In this document: in pieces, positions 8,678 to 17,365 of the stretch
How the letters are laid out: each line of letters starts with the position of its first letter
Position numbering within the stretch: position 1 is the first letter of the stretch
Origin: a virus
Lineage: Duplodnaviria > Caudoviricetes
IMG/VR virus record: IMGVR_UViG_3300026105_000241
Span: 1-32,903 of that record
Length of the DNA: 32,903 nucleotides
Strand: one strand, 5' to 3'
Notes under the pieces: generated by a model
Told to the model about the DNA's origin: nothing
Seen by the model: only the letters and a program-made list of their open reading frames with translations
Database searches by the model: none
Program-made: the position numbers and the translations under genes

Positions 8678-9169
8678 ATGTGGGAGAATATTGACGAATT
8701 TACAACATGGTATAAAGACAACGGCTATCCTATGAGGCCACCATCTGAGGATCCTATCTACGTAACCGACCATAGTCTTAGTGCAATTACTTTTAGAGAA
8801 GGCAGGTATCAGGTAGAACTTTATTTTTTAGCGCCTGACTGGGAAACACCTAATCACTCGCACCCAGAAATTGAATATAGAATAATATATCTGAATGGCA
8901 CTGTAACAGGTACTAGAAATAAACAAAAGATAATGGATATTCCAGATTATTATTACGCTGATATAACAAATAGTGACGGAACCAATATTGGTTTTGGAAC
9001 AGTATGGGATTTTAACGATACAGACGAACATACTGTCAAAACAGGACCAAAAGGAGGATTAATTGCAATTACGCAGTACTGGCCAGAACATATTAAAATG
9101 ACTAGCCAAAGCGTCCATTATGATGGTGATCCTATTGGACCAGTTCATGCTCCTAACGTAAACACCTGA
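8678..9169 (+). CDS. cupin-like metal-binding protein (paralog 2)
   Basis: PNHSHPEIE...EH; shares MW...EF..WYKD.G.P.RPP.ED, REG.YQ.ELY and GDP.G..HA with 8179-8676. Confidence 0.6.
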   Translation: MWENIDEFTTWYKDNGYPMRPPSEDPIYVTDHSLSAITFREGRYQVELYFLAPDWETPNHSHPEIEYRIIYLNGTVTGTRNKQKIMDIPDYYYADITNSDGTNIGFGTVWDFNDTDEHTVKTGPKGGLIAITQYWPEHIKMTSQSVHYDGDPIGPVHAPNVNT

Positions 9170-9171
9170 TT

Positions 9172-9810
9172 ATGCAGCCATTCGAAGAAATATTTCCAAC
9201 AATTATTTATAGAGGTTACTACAACAAAGTAGATAATTTACATGATAATTTATTTGCTAAGTTAGATACTGTCTTTACTAAAACAGAAAACAATAACAAT
9301 GTATTCATGAAACAAGGAACATTATGTTCGTATCATAGTGAGCCCGATTTACATATTCAATACCCGGACGAAACCAAGGAAGTTGTAGATTTTGTAGAAG
9401 AATGTTCGGAGCAATATTGGCAAAAATGTGGTTATCATTCCGAGCTAGAACCTTTTGTTTTCCAAATGTGGGCGAATAAAACGCCCAAAGGAGGATACAT
9501 CGATTCACATCTTCACGGCAATATGCCTTTTACTGCTGTGTTATATGTAGATGCTAGCCCGGCACAAGGAAATCTAGTTTTAGAAAATCCTTTAGAGATG
9601 GTATTGATGACGCAACCGATAAGTCCGGACATAAAATATCCTATAGAGACCGAAATATCAGTTAAAAACGGAGACTTAATAATATTTCCAGGATATCTAA
9701 GACACAGTGTTAAGCCTAACGAAATTGAAAAACCTCGTTTAATTTTAGCGTTTAACATAGGATGCCGAGGTAGATATTGGTCAGGTCAGTGGACATTTAA
9801 AAATGCTTGA
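9172..9810 (+). CDS. putative Fe(II)/2OG oxygenase (TIGR02466/PF13759-like)
   Basis: IFPTIIY, MWAN.TPKGG...HLH, GDLIIFPGYLRHSV.PN....R.ILAFN. Confidence 0.8.
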   Translation: MQPFEEIFPTIIYRGYYNKVDNLHDNLFAKLDTVFTKTENNNNVFMKQGTLCSYHSEPDLHIQYPDETKEVVDFVEECSEQYWQKCGYHSELEPFVFQMWANKTPKGGYIDSHLHGNMPFTAVLYVDASPAQGNLVLENPLEMVLMTQPISPDIKYPIETEISVKNGDLIIFPGYLRHSVKPNEIEKPRLILAFNIGCRGRYWSGQWTFKNA

Positions 9811-10126
9811 AATTGTAGCTAGTTTTATTAGAAAGGATACAAGACGCCCGTTTTTTTATGATTTATATAGAGAACATCCGGTTTTGTTAAAAATACATAA
9901 AAATGCTAATAAAATACCAGGATATTTAGGCATAAACGAAGACTTATTTAGAAGCAAATTTAGATGCGACAAAGCTTTACGTTTCGAAAATGAAGAATCA
10001 TTTACTTCCTTTGTAAAAGAAAATAAACTTTTATTATACAAAAGATATCATTTGATAGAAAATTATTGTTTCGCGACCGGACATCTATATAAATATTATA
10101 TAAATAATTTAAAGGAAAGTATATGA
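9803..10126 (+). CDS. hypothetical protein (107 aa)
   Basis: Start and stop overlap both neighbours; no motif recognised. Confidence 0.6.
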   Translation: MLEIVASFIRKDTRRPFFYDLYREHPVLLKIHKNANKIPGYLGINEDLFRSKFRCDKALRFENEESFTSFVKENKLLLYKRYHLIENYCFATGHLYKYYINNLKESI

Positions 10127-10920
10127 CAACATCTTATCAACGAAGTATATATATGGCACTTCTGCGTGATAAACAGTCTGCCTGGATACAACAGGAAACA
10201 CAAGATGCATACTTTAAAAACCTTTTAAAGAATGATTCTCAATTTTCACCAAAATTCGGCATCGAAAGAGACACAAATGGTTATTTTTATCTAAGTGACA
10301 ACTTGGTTGCTTATTACAACTTAAGAAACGGATACGTTACAAGAATAAAGAGAAATTGGACATCAAAAGACTGGGAATGCTACAACTCCTTTTATGCAGC
10401 TAGTATCAAAACTAAAGAGTTTAGAGTCGATACGCCTCTACATAGACAAATTATAAATATCAACGGCAATGATTGGGAATATATTGAACTAATATCACCT
10501 AACGGAAATTACGGATTTAATTTTAACGACGAGGTTTTCAAATGGCCAGAACTTTCAGACGGGTCAACACCAAATAATAGTATCACTAGTAATTATAAAG
10601 ATGAAGTAGAAAACTACTTTAGTAATTTCGTAGATCAAGCATCTATAGTTTTGAAGCATGCTGTGAAAATATCTAATGATCATAATGCAGGACTTCCAAT
10701 AAATCTTTGCAGAGCTTCGTCTAGATACAAAGACGAAATTGGGTATTTTTGGTCCGACATCGAGCAAGATAGTTGGACAACCAATAAAGACGAGGCACTA
10801 CAATATTATTTGTTTATTTTCGAAGGAACACTAAATTTTGCTAAAGCTTGTGGAGTTCTTAATCTTACTCACATAAATAATCTTTTAAAACATGCGAGAG
10901 AACAATGGACAACGATTTGA
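10123..10920 (+). CDS. hypothetical protein (265 aa)
   Basis: AAGGA RBS and ATGA overlap with the upstream stop; no confident motif. Confidence 0.7.
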   Translation: MTTSYQRSIYMALLRDKQSAWIQQETQDAYFKNLLKNDSQFSPKFGIERDTNGYFYLSDNLVAYYNLRNGYVTRIKRNWTSKDWECYNSFYAASIKTKEFRVDTPLHRQIININGNDWEYIELISPNGNYGFNFNDEVFKWPELSDGSTPNNSITSNYKDEVENYFSNFVDQASIVLKHAVKISNDHNAGLPINLCRASSRYKDEIGYFWSDIEQDSWTTNKDEALQYYLFIFEGTLNFAKACGVLNLTHINNLLKHAREQWTTI

Positions 10921-11102
10921 ATAGATATTTTGTAAATTTAGATATATATCTAAATAACGATAAATTACACACTGTAATTGTTCCTTCATCTTTACTACAT
11001 GACGCAATACTCTTATGGAAATATCCTGGTTCGCCGTTTGTCCTGCATGTAATTGATCATACAGGCAATTATAGACTTAACACCAATATCTTAGATACAT
11101 AA
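10905..11102 (+). CDS. small hypothetical protein (65 aa)
   Basis: GAGAG upstream of ATG; overlaps the end of the previous gene; last gene of the plus-strand unit. Confidence 0.5.
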   Translation: MDNDLNRYFVNLDIYLNNDKLHTVIVPSSLLHDAILLWKYPGSPFVLHVIDHTGNYRLNTNILDT

Positions 11103-11130
11103 GCTTGTACGTTGACCGTAAAAAATTAAG

Positions 11131-11150
11131 TAGTATTAATACTATAAATA
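11131..11150. promoter_or_regulatory. perfect 14-bp palindrome TAGTATTAATACTA overlapping a plus-strand TATAAATA
   Basis: 11131-11144 is self-complementary; TATAAATA at 11143-11150; lies between convergent genes. Confidence 0.4.
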
Positions 11151-11157
11151 AGTAACT

Positions 11158-11820
11158 TTAGGCAAACTCTGTAAAATAAACTTGTCCTTGGCACCCATAG
11201 TTTACTGCTAGAGCAATTCTTACATCATCTGTAGGATTGCCTTTTGTATGATGTTTCATCCATCCTGGAAATAAAACTAATTTTCCTGTGTATGCTTCCA
11301 CTTCATGATATAATCTATTAGGAACACGATCATTATTAGCATTGGTTATGTTTTTTCCTAATAATAGATCTAATGGATTTTCTAATAGTAAATTACCTTG
11401 TTCTGGTCTAGATTCTAAATAAAAAACACCCCCGATTGGAACAGGATTATGATTGTGTGAGACAGTCCTTGACCCTTTCTTTTGTATGCCAGCCCACAGA
11501 TGTAAAATTCTAGGTTCTAAATAATGGGTAAAATCCAGAATTTTCCAGTATTCTTTACAATGCTCTAATAGGAAGTCTGCAAGCACATTCATATTTTCAT
11601 CGTGCATTTTATTTAAATTAGAATCATCTGAGACAGTATCTAGTAATTTTACTATGCTACCTTCAACAATAGGATGTTCATGTTCGTCATAGTTACTGCT
11701 CAAATTACTGTTAAACTTACTTAATATATGCTGTTTTATAGGATCTTTAAGCGTTTTTTCAAAATTAGGAAACTCTACTTCGTATATCGGTATGGAAAAT
11801 AATTCAGTCGTTTTTGCCAT
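11158..11820 (-). CDS. putative Fe(II)/2OG oxygenase (TIGR02466/PF13759-like)
   Basis: LFSIPIY, LWA.....GS....HNH, GNLLLENP, GKLVLFPGWMKHHT..N....RI. Confidence 0.8.
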   Translation of the reverse strand: MAKTTELFSIPIYEVEFPNFEKTLKDPIKQHILSKFNSNLSSNYDEHEHPIVEGSIVKLLDTVSDDSNLNKMHDENMNVLADFLLEHCKEYWKILDFTHYLEPRILHLWAGIQKKGSRTVSHNHNPVPIGGVFYLESRPEQGNLLLENPLDLLLGKNITNANNDRVPNRLYHEVEAYTGKLVLFPGWMKHHTKGNPTDDVRIALAVNYGCQGQVYFTEFA

Positions 11821-12436
11821 GGTAACTTACATTTGCTCCTATATTAAAACTAACTATAATTCGGTCATTCATAGACATATTTGATCTTGTAAAGTGTCTT
11901 AACCACCCAGGAAATAAAACTAACTTACCGTCCTCTATTGGAACTTTGTGTGTATCAAAATGTGGAACTAAAGCATTGTCTTTAGGGTTTAATTTTAAAA
12001 TAGTATCGATAGGATTTTCTATTTCTAACACACCCATTTCGTCGTCGGCATTAATGTAAAACGCAGACGCAATAGGCATGGGCGTATGTACATGTACAGG
12101 AGTAAACCCTCCTGGCTTCAATTTATTTGACCAAGCATGTAACACAAAAGGCTCTACTCTTGATGTCAATCCCAATTCTTTCCAATATTTTTTACCGTGA
12201 TATTCTACCCATTCTATTAAATCTTTAAAATTATTATCTTTTTCTAAATTAGGCGGCGTACGATATATTAACGGCTTTCCGTCTTTGTCCCAATATTCGT
12301 TTCCTTCAGCAAGAGTATTATAATGGGGTTCTAAATTTTCTATTATACTTTGTTTTATTTTGTAAAAGTCAGGATATTTTGTTTCATAAATTTTAATCGA
12401 AAAAATGTCTGACAAAACAATGTCATTATCGTTCAT
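11804..12436 (-). CDS. putative Fe(II)/2OG oxygenase (TIGR02466/PF13759-like)
   Basis: IFSIKIY, AWSN..KPGG...HVH, DGKLVLFPGWLRHFT.SN....RIIVSFN. Confidence 0.8.
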   Translation of the reverse strand: MNDNDIVLSDIFSIKIYETKYPDFYKIKQSIIENLEPHYNTLAEGNEYWDKDGKPLIYRTPPNLEKDNNFKDLIEWVEYHGKKYWKELGLTSRVEPFVLHAWSNKLKPGGFTPVHVHTPMPIASAFYINADDEMGVLEIENPIDTILKLNPKDNALVPHFDTHKVPIEDGKLVLFPGWLRHFTRSNMSMNDRIIVSFNIGANVSYHGKND

Positions 12437-12442
12437 ATCTTT

Positions 12443-13213
12443 TTAATCCTTTCTAGTCCAACAATATCTTCCGCCAAGAGGCTCGCCTTTTTTAGGAGCG
12501 GGCATATTGTCAATATGAGCAGGTAATTTTGTATCAAAATAACTAACAACTGGTTCAGATTTCATGTCTTCGGTTATTTCTTTCACTATATCTCTGTCAA
12601 TTAAATGTCTTATATCGAGTATTAATTTACCGCCTATTTTTAAAGTCCTTAAAACTTGTTTCCAATACACTTCTTTTGGATAATGCCAACAATAGGAAAA
12701 ATAAGAAGTAATTACATCAACTTTTTTAGGCCATTCGTCTTTCGGCGATATCATTCTAAACCTACGAGGATCTAACTTAGTAGTATTGATTGCATCAACT
12801 ACTGGGTCCCAACTGTGATATTCTGGGTAATTATAATCGTAATACACGTTAGGTTGAAACGAAAAACCTTCCTTGTCTAGTAAATAAAATTTACTGTTTG
12901 GCAAATATTTAGATAACAACAAATCAATTACTGAAACTCCGCATCCTATATCCATAATTATGGAATTATCTGCTAAATCGAACAACCCTTGATCGAACCT
13001 CGAGTTCCAAAATTTTTGATACCAATTTGGGAAATTTTCATAAAAAGTCTGAAGAGAATTTGTATCTTGAAGATATAGGCCAGCCTGCATATTGCTCCAT
13101 CTAGCAAGATTATTGGCATTTGACCAATGAATTTTGATCGGTCCTCGATCTGTGTCAATTTCAAGGGTATAATCCCACCAATCTTGCAAATAACTGTCAA
13201 ACGATCTAATCAT
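12443..13213 (-). CDS. class I SAM-dependent methyltransferase
   Basis: IMDIGCG motif I, acidic residue after beta2 (LLD), VDVITS, LKIGGKLIL. Confidence 0.85.
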   Translation of the reverse strand: MIRSFDSYLQDWWDYTLEIDTDRGPIKIHWSNANNLARWSNMQAGLYLQDTNSLQTFYENFPNWYQKFWNSRFDQGLFDLADNSIIMDIGCGVSVIDLLLSKYLPNSKFYLLDKEGFSFQPNVYYDYNYPEYHSWDPVVDAINTTKLDPRRFRMISPKDEWPKKVDVITSYFSYCWHYPKEVYWKQVLRTLKIGGKLILDIRHLIDRDIVKEITEDMKSEPVVSYFDTKLPAHIDNMPAPKKGEPLGGRYCWTRKD

Positions 13214-13217
13214 ACTT

Positions 13218-13943
13218 CTAATACTTTTTATTGACTAATTTTTTTAACATTTTACATGCATTGGGTAAAAGGCTTAAAAAGAATTGATAACCAAAGTTGT
13301 CTTTGCAATATGCATCATGTACAACAGAAGTATCTATTATATAAAGTCTTCCGGGTTCAACATCACTGTGCTCTATAAGTGTATCATTTTCTGCATATCG
13401 CAAACGTATATTATTAGTAGTGGTCCCCCAAAGTCGTATCCAAGGACTAGGAATTACAGTGTCTATATGAGGTTTAAATTCTGCTTTAGGTCCCCAATAC
13501 AATATATTACTTCTACACCAATAATTTTGAAATAATTGCAATTCCTCAAGTGAGGACATAGTCATAACTTCTGTTGGTTTTTTACAATCAGTTTCTATAA
13601 TAGGGCTGTTAGGGTTTTTTAGATTCCACTCGTATAAAGAACCGTTTATAGGATCGTTTTTTTTCAACACACCGTCTTGATTAACTAATGCTAAACCGTA
13701 CCTAGGAAGATGTGTGTGTTCTGTACCCCATCTTTCAAAGCTGTTTGAAAACTGCATGATTTCGTGACAAAATAGATCACAATCTATACGTATAGGCAAA
13801 GGTGTTAAAAAGTTTTTATGTAATTCTTTATAATCTTTATTGTCAACGAACGATGTAATTTCTAAAAATTTTTTCCTTTGACATTCTGATTTATTAAAAA
13901 CTTGTACTGTTTCAGAGATAATCTTTTTGGTATCTATATTCAT
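13218..13943 (-). CDS. Asp/Asn beta-hydroxylase-like Fe(II)/2OG oxygenase
   Basis: FKPHID...EPGRLYIIDTSVVHDA (HxD...H). Confidence 0.6.
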   Translation of the reverse strand: MNIDTKKIISETVQVFNKSECQRKKFLEITSFVDNKDYKELHKNFLTPLPIRIDCDLFCHEIMQFSNSFERWGTEHTHLPRYGLALVNQDGVLKKNDPINGSLYEWNLKNPNSPIIETDCKKPTEVMTMSSLEELQLFQNYWCRSNILYWGPKAEFKPHIDTVIPSPWIRLWGTTTNNIRLRYAENDTLIEHSDVEPGRLYIIDTSVVHDAYCKDNFGYQFFLSLLPNACKMLKKLVNKKY

Positions 13944-14401
13944 AATAAAAATTTCTTATTTTTTTCTGCAACTTCATCAAAAGTTTCTGAGAATATCGAT
14001 ATTTTTAACATAATTCGTTCTTTTTCATTATTTTGCACACTGTGTGGCAATGTGGTGTTTACCAAAATAGATTTATAATAAAAATCAATATTGTTAAATG
14101 TTATAGGACTTGCTTCTTCTGTCAAAATAAAATTTAACCCGCATAAAGTCCCGTTATCTACATGTGTAGGTATAGTAGCATGTGGTTTTAGCCAGTAAAA
14201 TCTTGGTTTTCCTACGACGTTAAAGTCGTCCATTATTTCTTGGATGTATTTGCTGTTATATTGTGCTACTAACCAATCATTCATTTCTAGTTTTGGATAT
14301 CGAGAATCGGAATAAGCCACAGCTTTTTCCTTGGCCTCGCTTGCTTCTAACAGTAATTGGTCTATGTCAACTGTATATTTTAAGTGAAAGAGCGGAGTCA
14401 T
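13940..14401 (-). CDS. small Fe(II)/2OG oxygenase-like (HxD...H) protein
   Basis: RFYWLKPHATIPTHVD...NTTLPHSVQN...RIMLKIS. Confidence 0.65.
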   Translation of the reverse strand: MTPLFHLKYTVDIDQLLLEASEAKEKAVAYSDSRYPKLEMNDWLVAQYNSKYIQEIMDDFNVVGKPRFYWLKPHATIPTHVDNGTLCGLNFILTEEASPITFNNIDFYYKSILVNTTLPHSVQNNEKERIMLKISIFSETFDEVAEKNKKFLL

Positions 14402-14405
14402 GTAG

Positions 14406-14418
14406 AATATTTACCTAT
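14406..14418 (-). promoter_or_regulatory. ATAGGTAAATATT late-promoter-like element (copy 1)
   Basis: TAAATA sits 6 nt before the ATG at 14401; an identical 13-mer occurs at 23425-23437. Confidence 0.65.
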
Positions 14419-14461
14419 GAGAGATAATTATTATACAAAAGCGATTACATGTCTGTATTTT

Positions 14462-15589
14462 CTATCCATTACTATAAACGTATCTTTTTGGTATCTTTGA
14501 ATCAGCCGAACTTACACAGCTCTCTGTTATACACTTTTGTGGCTTGTCGAAAAGTTTAAATCCAGTTTCTATGTTGCCTAAAGGTATATCATGACAGGAG
14601 TAAGATCTTTTAACACTACCGTCTGGTTCTCTAATTATAATACCCTGATATCCTGCAGCGCAATGCCAGCCCTTAAATTTATTAAAGTTAAAGGCATTAA
14701 ATCTTTCAGCTTGATCCATATACCATTTGTTACCGTCTTTATCTTTCATTTCTACCTGCATATGCCACGGTACACTTTTATCTATATCCTCTCCTATACT
14801 ATATTCAGGCATTCCAAATTTAGGTTTAGGTCTATCTGCCCATTTTCTTTTAAATTCAGTATAAGCACGCTGAGGCATTCCGTTGTATAATCTTTTCAGC
14901 ATTTCGTCTGTGTATCCATCTACTACTCTACTGGCAGTTGGGTCGCTCTGTGGCTTAAGAGTTACATTAATTCCTTGTTCGTGAAAAAACAAAGCATTTT
15001 CCCAGTCTCTTTCGAACCACTCAGGCACCATTACCATGTTAATGGTAACTTGTACATCGTGTTCTTGACAAAATATTAATTTGTCTGCAAAATCCTGCAT
15101 TTTTTCTTTGTCATTTACATACTCTGTATGCAAACTAGCTGTTATACTTGCTCTGTGAAAAGGTTTTGCTAGTTCTATAAACTGTTTGAACCACTTCATG
15201 TTTCTTGAACAGTTTGATGTCATATGAATACTGGTATAATTTGTATTTTCTACATCCTCGGCTAGATAGGATAGAATGTCCAGATAACCTGGATGAAACG
15301 AAGGTTCGCCGCCGCTTAAACTAAAATGAAAGCTGTTAAATCCGTTGTTTCTTGCTTGCCTTTTGATTTCATCTATTGTTTTTAAACAAAGCTCGGTAGG
15401 TCTATGATCTTTTCTATCACTTCTTGCGTAGGGCCAGCAATAGGAGCATTTATAATTACAAAAACGTCCTAAAAGCCACGAAACCGTAAAAATATCTCTA
15501 TATAAAAGAGTTCGTTGGCCTACTTGAACAATATCATCAAAAGGAATTTTTGAAAAATCATAGTTACTCCATTTAAGATCTTCAGTCAT
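14462..15589 (-). CDS. radical SAM protein with C-terminal Cys cluster (subfamily B)
   Basis: VSWLLGRFCNYKCSYC, SGGEP, C-terminal FKGWHC...SYSC...C....C. Start moved to the ATG at 15589 (MTEDLKW), which has a GAGG RBS. Confidence 0.9.
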   Translation of the reverse strand: MTEDLKWSNYDFSKIPFDDIVQVGQRTLLYRDIFTVSWLLGRFCNYKCSYCWPYARSDRKDHRPTELCLKTIDEIKRQARNNGFNSFHFSLSGGEPSFHPGYLDILSYLAEDVENTNYTSIHMTSNCSRNMKWFKQFIELAKPFHRASITASLHTEYVNDKEKMQDFADKLIFCQEHDVQVTINMVMVPEWFERDWENALFFHEQGINVTLKPQSDPTASRVVDGYTDEMLKRLYNGMPQRAYTEFKRKWADRPKPKFGMPEYSIGEDIDKSVPWHMQVEMKDKDGNKWYMDQAERFNAFNFNKFKGWHCAAGYQGIIIREPDGSVKRSYSCHDIPLGNIETGFKLFDKPQKCITESCVSSADSKIPKRYVYSNG

Positions 15590-16136
15590 GCCACCTCTCG
15601 TTCTGCATAGGATCAATACTAATTTCGTTTATGTTAACATATCTAGGTTGATCAATCAACCATTTTATGTATAGAGCTGCTTCATCTATATACAAGGTTT
15701 GTCTATCTAGATGTTTAGATTGATTGTTAGATAGGGTACCAAAACTAATGTAACTAATTTTTGGTTTTTGATCCCAAACTCCGCCCAGTGCTAGAGTGTT
15801 AGAATAATCGCGAAGTGCTTTCTTTTCTGCATTGTATAACCAAGGCTTACCATTTTTTACCCTATCAGTAGTGCTTCCCACATTTACAATGTGAGGATAG
15901 TGTTTGTTTTCAACACAGACCTTATAGATTGTATCCAATAGAGTTGTCTGTTCAAATCTCCATAAAGCTGCGCAATTTATAATTACATTATGAGCTAGAC
16001 ACTTGTTAGCAAATTCGTATTGATGTTCTTTTTTACATAAATCAAACCCTGTAGACTTGCTACAAAACTCTGCATCCTGATAAAGTTTATATAAACTTTT
16101 TGCTAGTCCTTTTTCTTTGTTTCCAGAAACAATCAT
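15582..16136 (-). CDS. SDR-family oxidoreductase
   Basis: IVSGNKEKGLA, IINCA, VNVGS, YNAEK (YxxxK). Start placed at 16136 because of the ATGA overlap with the upstream stop. Confidence 0.75.
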   Translation of the reverse strand: MIVSGNKEKGLAKSLYKLYQDAEFCSKSTGFDLCKKEHQYEFANKCLAHNVIINCAALWRFEQTTLLDTIYKVCVENKHYPHIVNVGSTTDRVKNGKPWLYNAEKKALRDYSNTLALGGVWDQKPKISYISFGTLSNNQSKHLDRQTLYIDEAALYIKWLIDQPRYVNINEISIDPMQNERWHD

Positions 16137-17365
16137 TCGTCTAACCAATCTACCAGCAACGGATCAAGAAAATCTCTATAATCTTGATTTCTAGATTTAT
16201 CGAAAAGTTCTAATTCTCTTTTCATTTTATCTTTGTTTTCTTGATTAAATAATATTGCATGGTCAATCTGCTGAATAATGTCAGAAATCTTCATATGAGA
16301 ATTTACATCGGTTAGTAGTTCTTCTATTTGTTGTTTAGAAATTTCAAGTAAATATTTTGGTAGGTGTCTTATCGAAGTTCCCCTGTTTATAGGATAAACT
16401 TCTGTAAATGAAACAAAACACCGTGCGTTTATTTTATTCACCCAGCTTATAAAATCTGCAATATTGAATAAGTTCATTGAGGAGACAACAAAGTTAAAAT
16501 CTACTTCTGATCTAGAATCATTCATATAACTAATATAATAATTTAGGTTTTTATTAATATCTGAAAACTTTGCAGGATAACGAATATATTCATATGTTGA
16601 CCCTGTGCCGTCCACGCTAAGAGTATGATGGTTATGGAAATGTTTTAGTAACTGCATAATTTGTTTATTAAATTGTGTTCCGTTTGTGTGAAACATAAGA
16701 CTTATGTCTTTAGCGATTCCCTTGTCAACACATTTTTTCAACAATTCTAAGATATGTTTATCAAGAAAAGGTTCTCCGCCCGAAGCTTTTAGAATCGTTA
16801 TTTTATCCATATTATTAAAAAGCCAGTCCCATTGTATACTTTTTTGTGTTACTTTTGCATAACTACTGCCCCATCTTTCACCAGCTACAGCGTAAAACTC
16901 GTCTAATAAATTATTTTGTTTAAAAAAGTTATGATCTTCCATTAATAAATTACTAGCTCCTGGATTGCACATGCGGCACTTTAAATTACATATATTACTA
17001 GTAGTAATATCTATAATTTCTAAACTAGGATCATAAACAGGCGTTTCGTGTCCGCTTAAAGAATGTTGTCTATGAGACGTAATGCCGTCATCTTCCATTC
17101 TCCAGCAAACTTCACAGGCAGCATCTCTAACTCCGTTAGATAAGTTTTTTCTAAGTTTTTCCATTCGAGGATGGTAAAAAATTTCTTCAGGTGTTAATTT
17201 ATCAACATTTTCAATCTCTAGAGAGCGAGTCTCACCGTAATTAAGATTTCCCATATTACAGCAAGGCCATGCATCTTGTAATTTTCCATCTTGAAAATCC
17301 TTAATTGCTAACTGGCGAAACGGAAATTTACAATATGTATCTTTACTGCTGTTAGTCTTCGACAT
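16133..17365 (-). CDS. radical SAM protein with N-terminal SPASM/twitch-like domain (subfamily A)
   Basis: YCKFPF...WPCC...ACEVC precedes CNLKCRMC; SGGEP; TNGT; YEYIRYP. Confidence 0.9.
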   Translation of the reverse strand: MSKTNSSKDTYCKFPFRQLAIKDFQDGKLQDAWPCCNMGNLNYGETRSLEIENVDKLTPEEIFYHPRMEKLRKNLSNGVRDAACEVCWRMEDDGITSHRQHSLSGHETPVYDPSLEIIDITTSNICNLKCRMCNPGASNLLMEDHNFFKQNNLLDEFYAVAGERWGSSYAKVTQKSIQWDWLFNNMDKITILKASGGEPFLDKHILELLKKCVDKGIAKDISLMFHTNGTQFNKQIMQLLKHFHNHHTLSVDGTGSTYEYIRYPAKFSDINKNLNYYISYMNDSRSEVDFNFVVSSMNLFNIADFISWVNKINARCFVSFTEVYPINRGTSIRHLPKYLLEISKQQIEELLTDVNSHMKISDIIQQIDHAILFNQENKDKMKRELELFDKSRNQDYRDFLDPLLVDWLDE

